A stretch of 20,000 nt of DNA from an uncultured virus (IMG/VR IMGVR_UViG_3300007633_000003) (Duplodnaviria > Heunggongvirae > Uroviricota > Caudoviricetes): IMG/VR virus record IMGVR_UViG_3300007633_000003; one strand, given 5' to 3'. Every line of letters starts with the position of its first letter. The first letter of the stretch is position 1. A program made the position numbers and the translations under genes. A model generated the notes under the pieces. It was not told the DNA's origin, did not search any database, and saw only the letters and a list, made by a program, of their open reading frames with translations. This document shows, in pieces, positions 1 to 9,194 of the stretch.

Positions 1-182
1 TTTTGTCATTGAATTATTATTTTAAATAATAATTTGTTTTACATAATTAGTAAAAAAAATATCAAAAAGTGTAATGATAGGCCAATATTTAAACAATTAA
101 AAAAGTTGCTTTAATTGGATTGGATTGTTGTGTTAAAATTTAAATAATTTTTTTTTATTATTATTTATCTTATTAATAGTAA

Positions 183-1250
183 ATGAAAATTACAAAAAGT
201 GTCTCACTAGATATACATGAAATACAAAAAGATGTTATTAATATTATAAATATTGATTCCCAATTGTCGGAAATTGGTTATAACCAAGATTCGCTTTTGG
301 AAATAAAAACATTAATAAGTAAAGATTTTGAATTACTTGAAATTATTGACCAAATAGATAATTTATTTTTATTCGAGTTGGTAAACAATATTCATCAATA
401 TTATTTAATTTGTAGAAAAAACTTTAATTCGATAACATTATTATCGCCAGAATTAAATTCTATAAAGCGCCGATTAAAATCATATCAAAATAATTTATTA
501 ATCATAAAAAAAGTAAAATTTAACAAATGCCCGGAATGCGGAATTGAATATTTATATAAAAATAAACAGTATGTTTGTGAAAATTGCAACAATATCCGAG
601 GCAGGATTGCCAAATTTGAAGATACATCATACAATAATGAAGAAGTAAGACAATCTAAAACCAACATTCCCAAACATTTTACAGAAATTGTTCAAAAAAT
701 AAATGGTGTCGCTCCAAAAAAAAATATATTACCTGATGGTGTTATCCAAATATTAAGAAATCGGTTTGATGAGCAAAATATTGATATCCGACAATGTGTT
801 CATTATACTTATTCACTTATGTATTATATGTCTAAATCCGGCTGCATTACTTATGAAGGAAAAAAATATGAAATAAATAAATATAAAAGTCAGGCAAATT
901 ATATTCTTATCAGAATGTATCCGGATTTGCATATTCCAAAATTATCTGCAACTGAATCTATGATATTATTTGAAGTTTTTATGGACATATCGGCAACATT
1001 CCAACAACTTTATCCAAACAAATATGCAATTAATTATGCATTTAATATTTTTAAAACACTTTACATATTAATGCCAAATAGTCAAAAAATTAAAGAATTT
1101 CTCCGATTTATATTTATTCAAAAACCGGAATCATTTGACGACAAAGATAAAAAATTAAAAAATGTCAATGATAAAATTCACGTATTTGAACCATTCATAT
1201 ACACACCACATGATATATATGAAAATGAAAAATATTATATTGTGAAGTAA
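183..1250 (+). CDS. VLTF3: NCLDV late transcription factor VLTF3-like (poxvirus A2L / ASFV B385R family)
   Basis: 355 aa with a central C4 zinc ribbon (CPECG...YVCENC), then 'PKHFTEIVQKING' and a C-terminal 'INYAFNIFKTL...FLRFIFIQ' that resemble VLTF3 motifs as I recall them. It lies next to the capsid gene. Confidence 0.8.
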   Translation: MKITKSVSLDIHEIQKDVINIINIDSQLSEIGYNQDSLLEIKTLISKDFELLEIIDQIDNLFLFELVNNIHQYYLICRKNFNSITLLSPELNSIKRRLKSYQNNLLIIKKVKFNKCPECGIEYLYKNKQYVCENCNNIRGRIAKFEDTSYNNEEVRQSKTNIPKHFTEIVQKINGVAPKKNILPDGVIQILRNRFDEQNIDIRQCVHYTYSLMYYMSKSGCITYEGKKYEINKYKSQANYILIRMYPDLHIPKLSATESMILFEVFMDISATFQQLYPNKYAINYAFNIFKTLYILMPNSQKIKEFLRFIFIQKPESFDDKDKKLKNVNDKIHVFEPFIYTPHDIYENEKYYIVK

Positions 1251-1313
1251 ATTTAATTATTTTTTATTTTGTCATTAATTAATTTTTATTTTTTTATTTT
1301 GAACATAACCAAA

Positions 1314-3434
1314 ATGGTTGCAACATCTGTCGCAGTACAACTTAATACTCCACATAGTAAAGTTCAAGTTTTGGCATATGCCCCGGGATTATTAAATTCT
1401 CGTATTATTAATGCAATTTCCCGACCCGGCCAAGGTCAAGGAGGTTCATGCGGATCACCAGCATCAACTAATGTTGCATCTGTTAGTCCAAATTTTATTA
1501 ATGCAACTCACTCCTATATTATGGCAAAAACATTCCGTCCAACCGTTTTAATGGCAATGGAACCAGTTAAACATACCGGAACTGGCAACCTTGGTGGGTG
1601 TGTAGAATTCCGATTAAAACATAATTGCGATTATATTAACGACTCTTATGTTACATTTAATCTTCCTGAAGTATCATGTAATGCTGCCGACCTTCCTGAT
1701 ATTATTGTTCGTGCTGCCGATCCAGATATTAGACAAACAAATGGTGGACCATGGAATTTTGGTACTGGTAATGCTGCAACTGCAACTGAATTAAGTAGAG
1801 TATTAGTTCGAAACGGTTTCAATTATGATTCTACTGCTCCTGAGGAAACTCTTATTGTTTCAGATGATGGAACAGAATATTACATTAGATCTAGTACAAA
1901 TGGAGTTGGATCTGTTGGTGGTATTTCATATACTTATGTTAATGAACATGGACAATTTATTGCTGGACCGGATGGAAGAAATGCTGCACCTAATGAGAAT
2001 GGTTATGGTGATCCAGCCAATGCTGGTCTTCCAAGAGTTCAAAGAGCAAATTGGGTACGTGCAACCGATTTACCTGGACTCAAAATTATTACAAATGCCA
2101 GATTTGTAGTTGAGCAAAGTGTTGTTGATGAATATACAAGTTCCAAACCTCTATTAATGAGACAAACCAGAATGCTTCATAATTCTGATAGGACATTATT
2201 TGATGAACTTATTGGACAAGAAGTAGTTAGAGAAAGAGTCGGAAGTCGCGTATCCAATTCTGGCCAACATGGTGCCGGTCTTGGTGAAGGTTTATCTGCA
2301 CTTGATACTTTCCGTGAATATAATCAATATGCAAATGGACTTCAAACCCCTAAGGCTACCCAACCTGCCACTCAAGTATTTGTCCCATTATTCTTCCAAC
2401 ACACAATGAAAAGATGTGATTCTTTCCCTGCAGCTCTTACTTCCGATGCTGATGTATGTTATCAATTTGATACAACTAGACTTAGTGAATTATACTATGC
2501 AGTTGCCGGAAATACATTTATTGAAGAACGTGTTGAATTATATACATCAACAACTTCTGCTACTCCAACTGCCGCCGAACAAGCTGGTAGTATTGATAAC
2601 CCAAGAATTATTAATACAAGACATATTCCTGTATTCATTCCTAACTCTAATCCAGTTGTTGAATCTAACTACAATCCAAATGCATCTATGATTAGTATGT
2701 TTCTTTACCTTACTGACGCACTTCATTATTGCTTAATCGGAAGAATTGTATTTGAAATGATCCGACTTTATAAAGACAGTTTGTTTTCCATTAAAGATAA
2801 TGATTCCGCAACAACCGAACTTAATTATAAATTCCCAATTGAATTTATGCAACTTCGGGATATTCCAAATGCTAATACAACTGAAACTCAATTTAATGTT
2901 GCAACCGATTGGCATAAACTCGGCCACCAAGTTAATACTCCAGTTCATAAATACGTTTCTGTTAAACATAGAGATTTTGATGGAACAGTTAATGATTATT
3001 ATATTCACAAAGTTCAATCTGAATATACTATGTACAGACAATCCGAACCAGTTATTAGAACTCTTGGTGTTAACATTCATGATGTTGAATATTATCCAGT
3101 TCAGGATCGTGTATACTATGATACTTGGCAACCATATGTCTATTATAATGGATTATGGCATTATAATGATGAAGAAGTTAGACCACTATTCATCAATTTC
3201 TCTCAAAAACCAGGATCAGAATTACTATTCGGAACAGCCGGAGTTACCAAAAATAGAAAGATTGATTTATCTTATACTGCCGTAACAACTCCAAGCAGAT
3301 TTACTGTTCCTGATGGTTTTAGTGATGTATCCGAACCAGTCAGTTCATTTATTAAAACTAACGTACTTGTTACTGCTTGCACTCTCAATTTTATCTTAGT
3401 TGCAGATGGTGTCGCCAATCAACGTTTTGCATAA
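1314..3434 (+). CDS. MCP: Major capsid protein, double jelly-roll, Asfuvirales p72/B646L-like (706 aa from ATG 1314)
   Basis: Colinear matches to ASFV p72 motifs from memory: LLNSRI; HTGTGNLG (HTGTPTLG); RNGFNYD (RNGYDWD); PGLKIITNARF..DEYTS (PGERLYENVRF..DEYSS); LIGQEV (LVGQEV); NGLQTPK (NGPQTPK); C-terminal NFILVADGVANQRF (NFLLLQNGSAVLRY). The ORF-track TTG start at 1269 lies in a T-rich gap, so ATG 1314 is preferred. Confidence 0.93.
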   Translation: MVATSVAVQLNTPHSKVQVLAYAPGLLNSRIINAISRPGQGQGGSCGSPASTNVASVSPNFINATHSYIMAKTFRPTVLMAMEPVKHTGTGNLGGCVEFRLKHNCDYINDSYVTFNLPEVSCNAADLPDIIVRAADPDIRQTNGGPWNFGTGNAATATELSRVLVRNGFNYDSTAPEETLIVSDDGTEYYIRSSTNGVGSVGGISYTYVNEHGQFIAGPDGRNAAPNENGYGDPANAGLPRVQRANWVRATDLPGLKIITNARFVVEQSVVDEYTSSKPLLMRQTRMLHNSDRTLFDELIGQEVVRERVGSRVSNSGQHGAGLGEGLSALDTFREYNQYANGLQTPKATQPATQVFVPLFFQHTMKRCDSFPAALTSDADVCYQFDTTRLSELYYAVAGNTFIEERVELYTSTTSATPTAAEQAGSIDNPRIINTRHIPVFIPNSNPVVESNYNPNASMISMFLYLTDALHYCLIGRIVFEMIRLYKDSLFSIKDNDSATTELNYKFPIEFMQLRDIPNANTTETQFNVATDWHKLGHQVNTPVHKYVSVKHRDFDGTVNDYYIHKVQSEYTMYRQSEPVIRTLGVNIHDVEYYPVQDRVYYDTWQPYVYYNGLWHYNDEEVRPLFINFSQKPGSELLFGTAGVTKNRKIDLSYTAVTTPSRFTVPDGFSDVSEPVSSFIKTNVLVTACTLNFILVADGVANQRFA

Positions 3435-3445
3435 ACAAAATTAAT

Positions 3446-3455
3446 AAAAAAAAAA
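3446..3455 (-). terminator. Poly(T) tract on the coding strand; representative of putative ASFV-type terminators
   Basis: Runs of 7 or more T on the minus strand follow nearly every minus-strand gene (e.g. 4252, 6306, 6981, 9158, 10082, 14466, 17821). ASFV is known to terminate at poly(T) tracts. Confidence 0.45.
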
Positions 3456-3485
3456 TAACAAAATTGGTAAAATTAATAAATCAAT

Positions 3486-4217
3486 TTATATTTCACATTT
3501 TATTTCAAGTAAATTTAATAAATTGTTCAAATATTGCATAAGCTGATTAATATTTTTTTTCTCTAAAAAATCACTATTAAATTGCAATGTCAGATATCCG
3601 ATTAAATCCTTTAAACTTTCCAATGTTTTTCCATTTATAATATATTGGCAAAGTTTCATTAAAATCATTTTTTTGTTCCGATCTTCTTCTTCAACCATTT
3701 GTTTTAATAATTGATCTATTAAATATTGGTCACCCGAAATGGAGTTATTTTTGCAATTAGAGTTATCTTCAAAAGTAGTATAAATATAAAGATTCCAATA
3801 TTTAGAAATACCTGGTAAAGTGTATTTTTTTTTTAATACTGGCTTCATACAAGATAAATTGTTAACTTCAATATCTGGCAGGTTTACTTTTATTTGATTG
3901 GAATTTTTTAATAACTCCAAAGTTGGCAAGTCAAGAGTATCAATACCTGTTTCATTCGGAAATATTAAGGAAATAATATTTTCTTTTGGATTTTTAATGA
4001 TTATATCCAAAATATTTCCCTTAAATGCCCGGAATTGCAAAGTGTAACTTTCTTCCCATTTATATTGACACTTTGGTTCCCCAGCTATCCAATATGAAAT
4101 TTGTTTTTTATACTTTTCAAATAATGAACCCAAATTAATATCATTATAGTATTTTTGAAATTCTTTTCCGTATATTTGAAGAAATTTATTCACACTTATT
4201 TTTGGGTTAATTTCCAT
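3486..4217 (-). CDS. Hypothetical protein, 243 aa; possible distant member of the local paralog family
   Basis: Long ORF. The helical C-terminus (EEEDRNKKMILMKL...NINQLMQYL) loosely resembles the C-termini of the 9195-11990 paralogs. Confidence 0.7.
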   Translation of the reverse strand: MEINPKISVNKFLQIYGKEFQKYYNDINLGSLFEKYKKQISYWIAGEPKCQYKWEESYTLQFRAFKGNILDIIIKNPKENIISLIFPNETGIDTLDLPTLELLKNSNQIKVNLPDIEVNNLSCMKPVLKKKYTLPGISKYWNLYIYTTFEDNSNCKNNSISGDQYLIDQLLKQMVEEEDRNKKMILMKLCQYIINGKTLESLKDLIGYLTLQFNSDFLEKKNINQLMQYLNNLLNLLEIKCEI

Positions 4218-4280
4218 TTAATAAAGAGTTTATTTGTTTTAATAAAATTATAAAAAAAAAATAAATGATAGTTAACCAAC

Positions 4281-5096
4281 TTACATAATTATATAGTAAT
4301 ACAATTCATACAAATTTGTATTTCTTTGATTCATATAATTAATAATACATTTCATAAGATCTTTATCATTTGTATCATTGATAATTGATGTTAAAAATCC
4401 ATGAAGATCATAAGTTTGATTATTGATTTTTTTTAAAACAATTTTGTGCAATTTCAACAAATAATTGTTGATTTTATCATCACTAGATCTTGCAATGTAT
4501 TTTACAATTTTGTTTAACAATTTAAAATCGTCATTTTTCAATGATACAACCATGACATACCCATAACTAAGACCAAACTTGGAATTTTGATTTGTTTCTG
4601 TAATTAATGGAAATCTATACTCTTTAATTTCAAACCCGCTATAAATAAATTTTCCATTTCTGAGAACTTCCAATACTTGCTCATCAAATATGATAAATGA
4701 AAAATCGTCATGTTCCCAAGTATTGATATCATAAATTGGATAAGTTGGAAAGTATATTTCGCCAACATATGAACTTATTTTGTTGCATTGTTCAATTATC
4801 AAGTCATAATCAAAAAAGTTTATGTTGTTTATCCAAGTATTGATATGCGATCTTGATATCAAACTGGTATCTTTGCAACGTTTAAGTTCATAATCGTCAT
4901 TGAGATAATAATCAACATACGAATCGCAATTTTCATCAAATAAATCATTATTTGGACCCCATTGTGCATTAATTGGTACATGGTTTCTAGTAAAATCAAT
5001 ATGTTTGCTAATACCAAAAAATCTCCAAAATTCATTAACCTTGGACATCCATTTTAATGAAAACTGATGTGGAGTATTGTTTTTGAAATAACTCAT
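4281..5096 (-). CDS. Hypothetical protein, paralog family A (271 aa)
   Basis: Shares W..(Y/V)..FW...G near the N-terminus, FIIFD..VL, FP.I and V.SLK with the genes at 9195-11990. Confidence 0.8.
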   Translation of the reverse strand: MSYFKNNTPHQFSLKWMSKVNEFWRFFGISKHIDFTRNHVPINAQWGPNNDLFDENCDSYVDYYLNDDYELKRCKDTSLISRSHINTWINNINFFDYDLIIEQCNKISSYVGEIYFPTYPIYDINTWEHDDFSFIIFDEQVLEVLRNGKFIYSGFEIKEYRFPLITETNQNSKFGLSYGYVMVVSLKNDDFKLLNKIVKYIARSSDDKINNYLLKLHKIVLKKINNQTYDLHGFLTSIINDTNDKDLMKCIINYMNQRNTNLYELYYYIIM

Positions 5097-5154
5097 TTGA
5101 TATTGTTTTTTGATAAAAAAAAATCATTTTTATAATATTTTAAAAAAAAAAATA

Positions 5155-5211
5155 TTTTAGTTTTGTTTTGTGTTTTAGTTTTGTTTTAGTTTTTTTGTTT
5201 AGTTTTGTTTT
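5155..5211. repeat. Degenerate TTTTG/TTTTAG microsatellite
   Basis: ttttagttttgttttgtgttttagttttgttttag... lies just downstream of the 40-aa ORF. Confidence 0.7.
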
Positions 5212-5233
5212 AATTCTAAGCAATTTATACTAA

Positions 5234-5356
5234 TTACTCGCCAATAATACTAGGATACTCGTAAGAAACAGTATTGGAATACCATTCACTAGCATCCATA
5301 CTTCCATCATATGACCAGTTAGTTTCTGGAGTGATTTGATTATCTTGGCCGGACAT
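5234..5356 (-). CDS. Small 40-aa ORF missing from the ORF track: MSGQDNQITPETNWSYDGSMDASEWYSNTVSYEYPSIIGE
   Basis: Manual translation from ATG 5356 to TAA 5234. GC content is higher than in the flanks, and the shared TGATT motif (5385-5387) lies about 30 nt upstream, as for neighbouring genes. Confidence 0.6.
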   Translation of the reverse strand: MSGQDNQITPETNWSYDGSMDASEWYSNTVSYEYPSIIGE

Positions 5357-5403
5357 AACTAATTATTTTATTGCAAAAAAAAAATCATTTTTTTTTTTAC
5401 CTA

Positions 5404-5442
5404 TTATTCATTGATTATTCATTGATTATTCATTGATTATTC
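5404..5442. repeat. 11-bp tandem repeat (TTATTCATTGA) x3.5
   Basis: Exact copies at 5404, 5415 and 5426, plus a partial copy at 5437 that includes the stop codon of 5437..6282. Confidence 0.9.
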
Positions 5443-6282
5443 TAGATTTTTAATAAAACTTATTATATCATTTAAATCATATTTGCGTTTAATACATAAT
5501 ATTAATTGCCGGAGTTGCTCATTGGATAATTCTAAAGTCATTTTATTAACAATTAAATCTAATACTTCATCCGGATCGAAACAATCGTGCAATTGTTCAT
5601 TGATAATAGAAAGATATTTCTTTTGAATTTCCGATTTACCTTCAACAAATGACATATTAAAGAGAATATTGTATATTTTTATTTCGATAAAATCTTCCGG
5701 AATGTAAAAATAGATCAATTCTTTGTAATAAAGATAATCTGTAAATTCTCCTTGTACAATAAAATATTTAAAATTAATACAATTTTTTTCCAATATTCTC
5801 ATTACAATATATTTTATGTCTTCAATTGAAGATTTATCAATTAATTCAATTAACTGCTTTGAGTATATAAATGTAGATGTAATATCATTGGAATATTCAA
5901 AAATACTATCCGATCCTTTTTTATTTAAACAACAATTTGAGTCGATATTATATGAATAAATTTTTATAAACGAATCAAATATTTCTTTATTTTTTGGTTC
6001 TCTTAAATTATCCAAATATATATCCCGGGGAACAAATTCAGGATCTTCACTACTTTGTTTAGTCCGAAATATATAATACGTGGATTTAACATAAGAACTT
6101 AATATTGAAATTTTATTAAAATCTTTATTGTCAACGCAATGTTTAAACAATTTTAAATCCATGTCTAAAATATTTAAATCATAATGTTTGTTGTTAACAA
6201 TTGGAACTGTAAGAGGAAGTTTATATGTTTTAGTTTTAATCCAATCTTGGTAAAGAAACAAAAAATTAGATGTTGTATTCAT
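5437..6282 (-). CDS. Hypothetical protein, 281 aa
   Basis: Long ORF. Its end (LNDIISFIKNLE) resembles family A C-termini (ILDLIDFIKSY). Confidence 0.75.
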   Translation of the reverse strand: MNTTSNFLFLYQDWIKTKTYKLPLTVPIVNNKHYDLNILDMDLKLFKHCVDNKDFNKISILSSYVKSTYYIFRTKQSSEDPEFVPRDIYLDNLREPKNKEIFDSFIKIYSYNIDSNCCLNKKGSDSIFEYSNDITSTFIYSKQLIELIDKSSIEDIKYIVMRILEKNCINFKYFIVQGEFTDYLYYKELIYFYIPEDFIEIKIYNILFNMSFVEGKSEIQKKYLSIINEQLHDCFDPDEVLDLIVNKMTLELSNEQLRQLILCIKRKYDLNDIISFIKNLE

Positions 6283-6334
6283 ATTTATTATAATTATTTA
6301 AAATCAAAAAAAAATAATGAATAGTTTAAATTGT

Positions 6335-6952
6335 TTAGTATGGAATATCAACATAAGTTAGTTTTTTTTGATACTCGGCATTTTTACCATGAACAATAAA
6401 ATACTTATCCGGTATGTATTTGTTTTGTTTAACAATATCACCGGCAAGAGTTTTATATTCCGATTTAGGCGTATTAAACACAATTTCTAATATCAAATTT
6501 CCTGACAATAAAAATGACCAAGTTTTGTTAGATGAACCTACTGAATTGCAAGAAATATCCGAATAAGAAAACTCTTCCGGACGGTAAACAATTTTGTAAG
6601 GATCGTCTTTATTGTGTTTAACAATAAATCGCAAAACATTGTTAAATAGTTTCAAATTTTTCGAATGTTTGATGTTTAAATTAAACAATCGAGAAGGTGC
6701 AATCAACGAATTGAAAACCTGTTCATTTTTTGCATAATCTAATTCGGAATATGGACGAATTCCGACATGAATTAAATTTTCACTTTGTCTATCAAAATAA
6801 ATTTCCCGTTTGCGATCCAAAAGTTGCTTTTCACTAAAATCAGTATGGTTGATAAAACTGCAATCATTGGGATTTTCAATAAACTCCAAGTTGCATGTTT
6901 CATAAAAATCCTTTTGAAAATCAATAATTTTAAGAATATTTGCAAAATTCAT
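6335..6952 (-). CDS. Hypothetical protein, 205 aa
   Basis: ATG-initiated ORF filling the space between AT-rich spacers; no recognised motif. Confidence 0.75.
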   Translation of the reverse strand: MNFANILKIIDFQKDFYETCNLEFIENPNDCSFINHTDFSEKQLLDRKREIYFDRQSENLIHVGIRPYSELDYAKNEQVFNSLIAPSRLFNLNIKHSKNLKLFNNVLRFIVKHNKDDPYKIVYRPEEFSYSDISCNSVGSSNKTWSFLLSGNLILEIVFNTPKSEYKTLAGDIVKQNKYIPDKYFIVHGKNAEYQKKLTYVDIPY

Positions 6953-7021
6953 TTATACTACCTAACAATTAATTTATATGAAAAAAAAAATCATTTTTTT
7001 TGTTAGTAATCGGGATCCAAT

Positions 7022-7942
7022 TTAGTACGGATGAAATCTATACATTTTTTTATATCGCAATTTGATTTTGGGAATTTTTAGTCTGACAAGAAAAGCTTGG
7101 TATTTCATAAAGTTCTTCCTTCCAACCATGTAAAATAATGCGTTACCAAAAAATTTCTCACACCAAGGAAATATCAATAAAAGAATTTCATACTGATCTT
7201 TGTGCAAGTACTTGTAAAATTCATCACTGTAAAACTTAAATGAAGGAGTTTTCATAAGATATGCAAATATCCGAATTGATAAATTTGGCTGGTCTCGGAA
7301 ATAGCAAATTAATTGCTTTACAGAGGTTATAACCAGTTCACTTCCAAAATAACAATCTTTCAGATTATCAGTAAAATTCCTAGGTTGAACCATATGCTGC
7401 ATCATATTTTCAATTAATAGTTCCGAATCGTTACATGCAAAGATGTAATTAATGGCACTAGTTAGTTGGTAATATTCAACAATAGTTGGTTCTACTGAAA
7501 TCCGGACATATGAAAAATACTCGCCAAACTGTTCATAAGCATATCGATGAATTTCCGCATTTTCCATCAACTCTATAATTCTGTAAAGTTTTTCATCAAA
7601 TTCCTCATTTTGTTCGTTATAAGACAAAAAATGCTGACTCCCAATTGTCAAAACTAAATACTTCATGTCATCAACACTCAATTTCTTAATTTCTTTATGG
7701 ACATGATCGTTCTTAGATGCAAGAACATTGACCATTTCCTGAATAGTAAAATAAGTGTTATTGAACCAATCAATTTTTCGAAGTTTAATTATCCGAATCA
7801 CAATATCAAAATTAAGGTAAATTGGATAATCATGATCGGATAAGTAAAACACGCAAAGTTTTTTAAAATGTTCTTTGCTGTTTTTATCAATTGCCTCGTG
7901 CAAGCGTTGACTAATTTCGGAAAAATCGTAAAAGTTGGACAT
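7022..7942 (-). CDS. Hypothetical protein, about 306 aa (start revised to MSNFYDF)
   Basis: The ORF-track start at 7975 is a TTG inside the spacer. ATG 7942 places the TGATT motif (7972-7974) 30 nt upstream. Confidence 0.75.
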   Translation of the reverse strand: MSNFYDFSEISQRLHEAIDKNSKEHFKKLCVFYLSDHDYPIYLNFDIVIRIIKLRKIDWFNNTYFTIQEMVNVLASKNDHVHKEIKKLSVDDMKYLVLTIGSQHFLSYNEQNEEFDEKLYRIIELMENAEIHRYAYEQFGEYFSYVRISVEPTIVEYYQLTSAINYIFACNDSELLIENMMQHMVQPRNFTDNLKDCYFGSELVITSVKQLICYFRDQPNLSIRIFAYLMKTPSFKFYSDEFYKYLHKDQYEILLLIFPWCEKFFGNALFYMVGRKNFMKYQAFLVRLKIPKIKLRYKKMYRFHPY

Positions 7943-7997
7943 ACTAATATTAATTTTTAACAATAATTTAATCAAAAAAAAAAATCAAATACTACCA

Positions 7998-8106
7998 CAT
8001 ACTACATACTACATACTACATACTACATACTACATACTACATACTACATACTACATACTACATACTACATACCAAGTACCAAGTACCAAGTACCAAGTAC
8101 CAAGTA
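7998..8106. repeat. Compound heptamer tandem repeat (CATACTA)10-CATAC-(CAAGTAC)~5
   Basis: Read directly from the sequence. It abuts the stop codon (8107) of the upstream minus-strand gene. Confidence 0.95.
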
Positions 8107-9123
8107 TTAATTATTCAAAGATGTAATGTATTTATCATCAATGTAAAAAGATATGTTTATTGGAATACCGTTGGAGTGCCATGTTGATAAAGCCGGTCCA
8201 TCTATTCTATGTTTTTTACCAAATATAAACCAATGTTCTTGTATTTTGTTTCCAAATATATCCCAAATAGTTAATGCTGGTCCATTTTCTTTATGTTTTT
8301 TTCCATATATATACCAAGATTCGTTTACCAACTTTCCATCAATCCATTTGCTTAATGCCGGTCCATCTGTTTTATGAGATAATCCCATTACAATCCAGGA
8401 TTCTTTTTGTATTATTTTATATGAATCATAACGAATTAAGGCAGGTCCATTAATTCTATGTCTTTCTCCATTTAAATACCAAACTTGGCTTTTTATGTTT
8501 CCATTATCATGCCATGTTAATAATGCCGGTCCATCCAATTTTGTTCTTTTTCCCCAATATATCCATTCTTCTTTTTGTTTATTTCCATTTGAAAACCAAC
8601 ATTGAACTGCCGGATTATTTTCACGATGTATTAAATGATGTTTATACCATTTTTTGATTATAATATTGCATTTTGAATCCCATTCTTGGTACGCTGGCTG
8701 GTCATTATTTCTATGAATATTTCCATCATGAAACCATGTTTCGGATTTCTTATTTCCATTAGAATCCCAGATTCGCACCGCAGGTCCATTCTCTTTATGT
8801 AAATTCCCATATAAATGCCATCTTTGGAATAATAATATACCAAATGGACTCCAAACTTGGTGAGACGGTCCATTTTCATTATGATACTTGCCATTTATAA
8901 ACCATTTTTCGTTTATTAAAACTCTGTTATTGTTCCAGATTTGCACCGCAGGACCATTTTTGTTGTGCAACTTTCCATTTAAATACCATCTTTGAAGTAT
9001 TATTTTTCCTTTTTTATTCCATAATGTCATTGCCGGTTCAGTTTCGCAGTGAAATATATTATTTTTTCTAATATATTTAGATCTTATTTGATTATTTGGA
9101 TAAAAATTAGAACTTGTTTCCAT
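8107..9123 (-). CDS. MORN-like (HxxxGPA...W) 28-aa repeat protein, 11 diverged units
   Basis: Units such as HNKNGPAVQIWNNNRVLINEKWFINGKY. This is an older, isolated relative of the array at 15.8-20 kb. Confidence 0.85.
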   Translation of the reverse strand: METSSNFYPNNQIRSKYIRKNNIFHCETEPAMTLWNKKGKIILQRWYLNGKLHNKNGPAVQIWNNNRVLINEKWFINGKYHNENGPSHQVWSPFGILLFQRWHLYGNLHKENGPAVRIWDSNGNKKSETWFHDGNIHRNNDQPAYQEWDSKCNIIIKKWYKHHLIHRENNPAVQCWFSNGNKQKEEWIYWGKRTKLDGPALLTWHDNGNIKSQVWYLNGERHRINGPALIRYDSYKIIQKESWIVMGLSHKTDGPALSKWIDGKLVNESWYIYGKKHKENGPALTIWDIFGNKIQEHWFIFGKKHRIDGPALSTWHSNGIPINISFYIDDKYITSLNN

Positions 9124-9194
9124 ATTTTATTATTTATATTATTTTTAAAAATAAATCAAAAAAAAAATAAAGATTTACTTAAAGTTATCCAAAA

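Noticed and set aside
1..9. Possible start (ATG ACA AAA) of a divergent minus-strand gene at the left edge
   Set aside because: Only three codons are visible, which is not enough to support a call.
180..185. Poxvirus-type late promoter TAAATG at several starts (183, 4217, 14456, array genes)
   Set aside because: The motif is short and likely by chance in AT-rich DNA. It occurs before both putative early and late genes and is absent at the MCP start.
1825..3285. Alternative-frame ORFs inside MCP (1825, 2416, 2733, 2800)
   Set aside because: These L/M/I-rich shadow frames are the expected result of strong third-position T/A bias in the real gene.
3435..3485. Mimivirus-type hairpin terminator between MCP and the convergent gene
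   Set aside because: I could not see a convincing inverted repeat, only A-rich sequence with short direct repeats (AACAAAATT).
7935..8126. 63-aa plus-strand ORF with ILHTTYY/QVPSTKY repeats
   Set aside because: It is a by-product of the 7-bp satellite, lies antisense to both flanking genes and has a non-ATG start.
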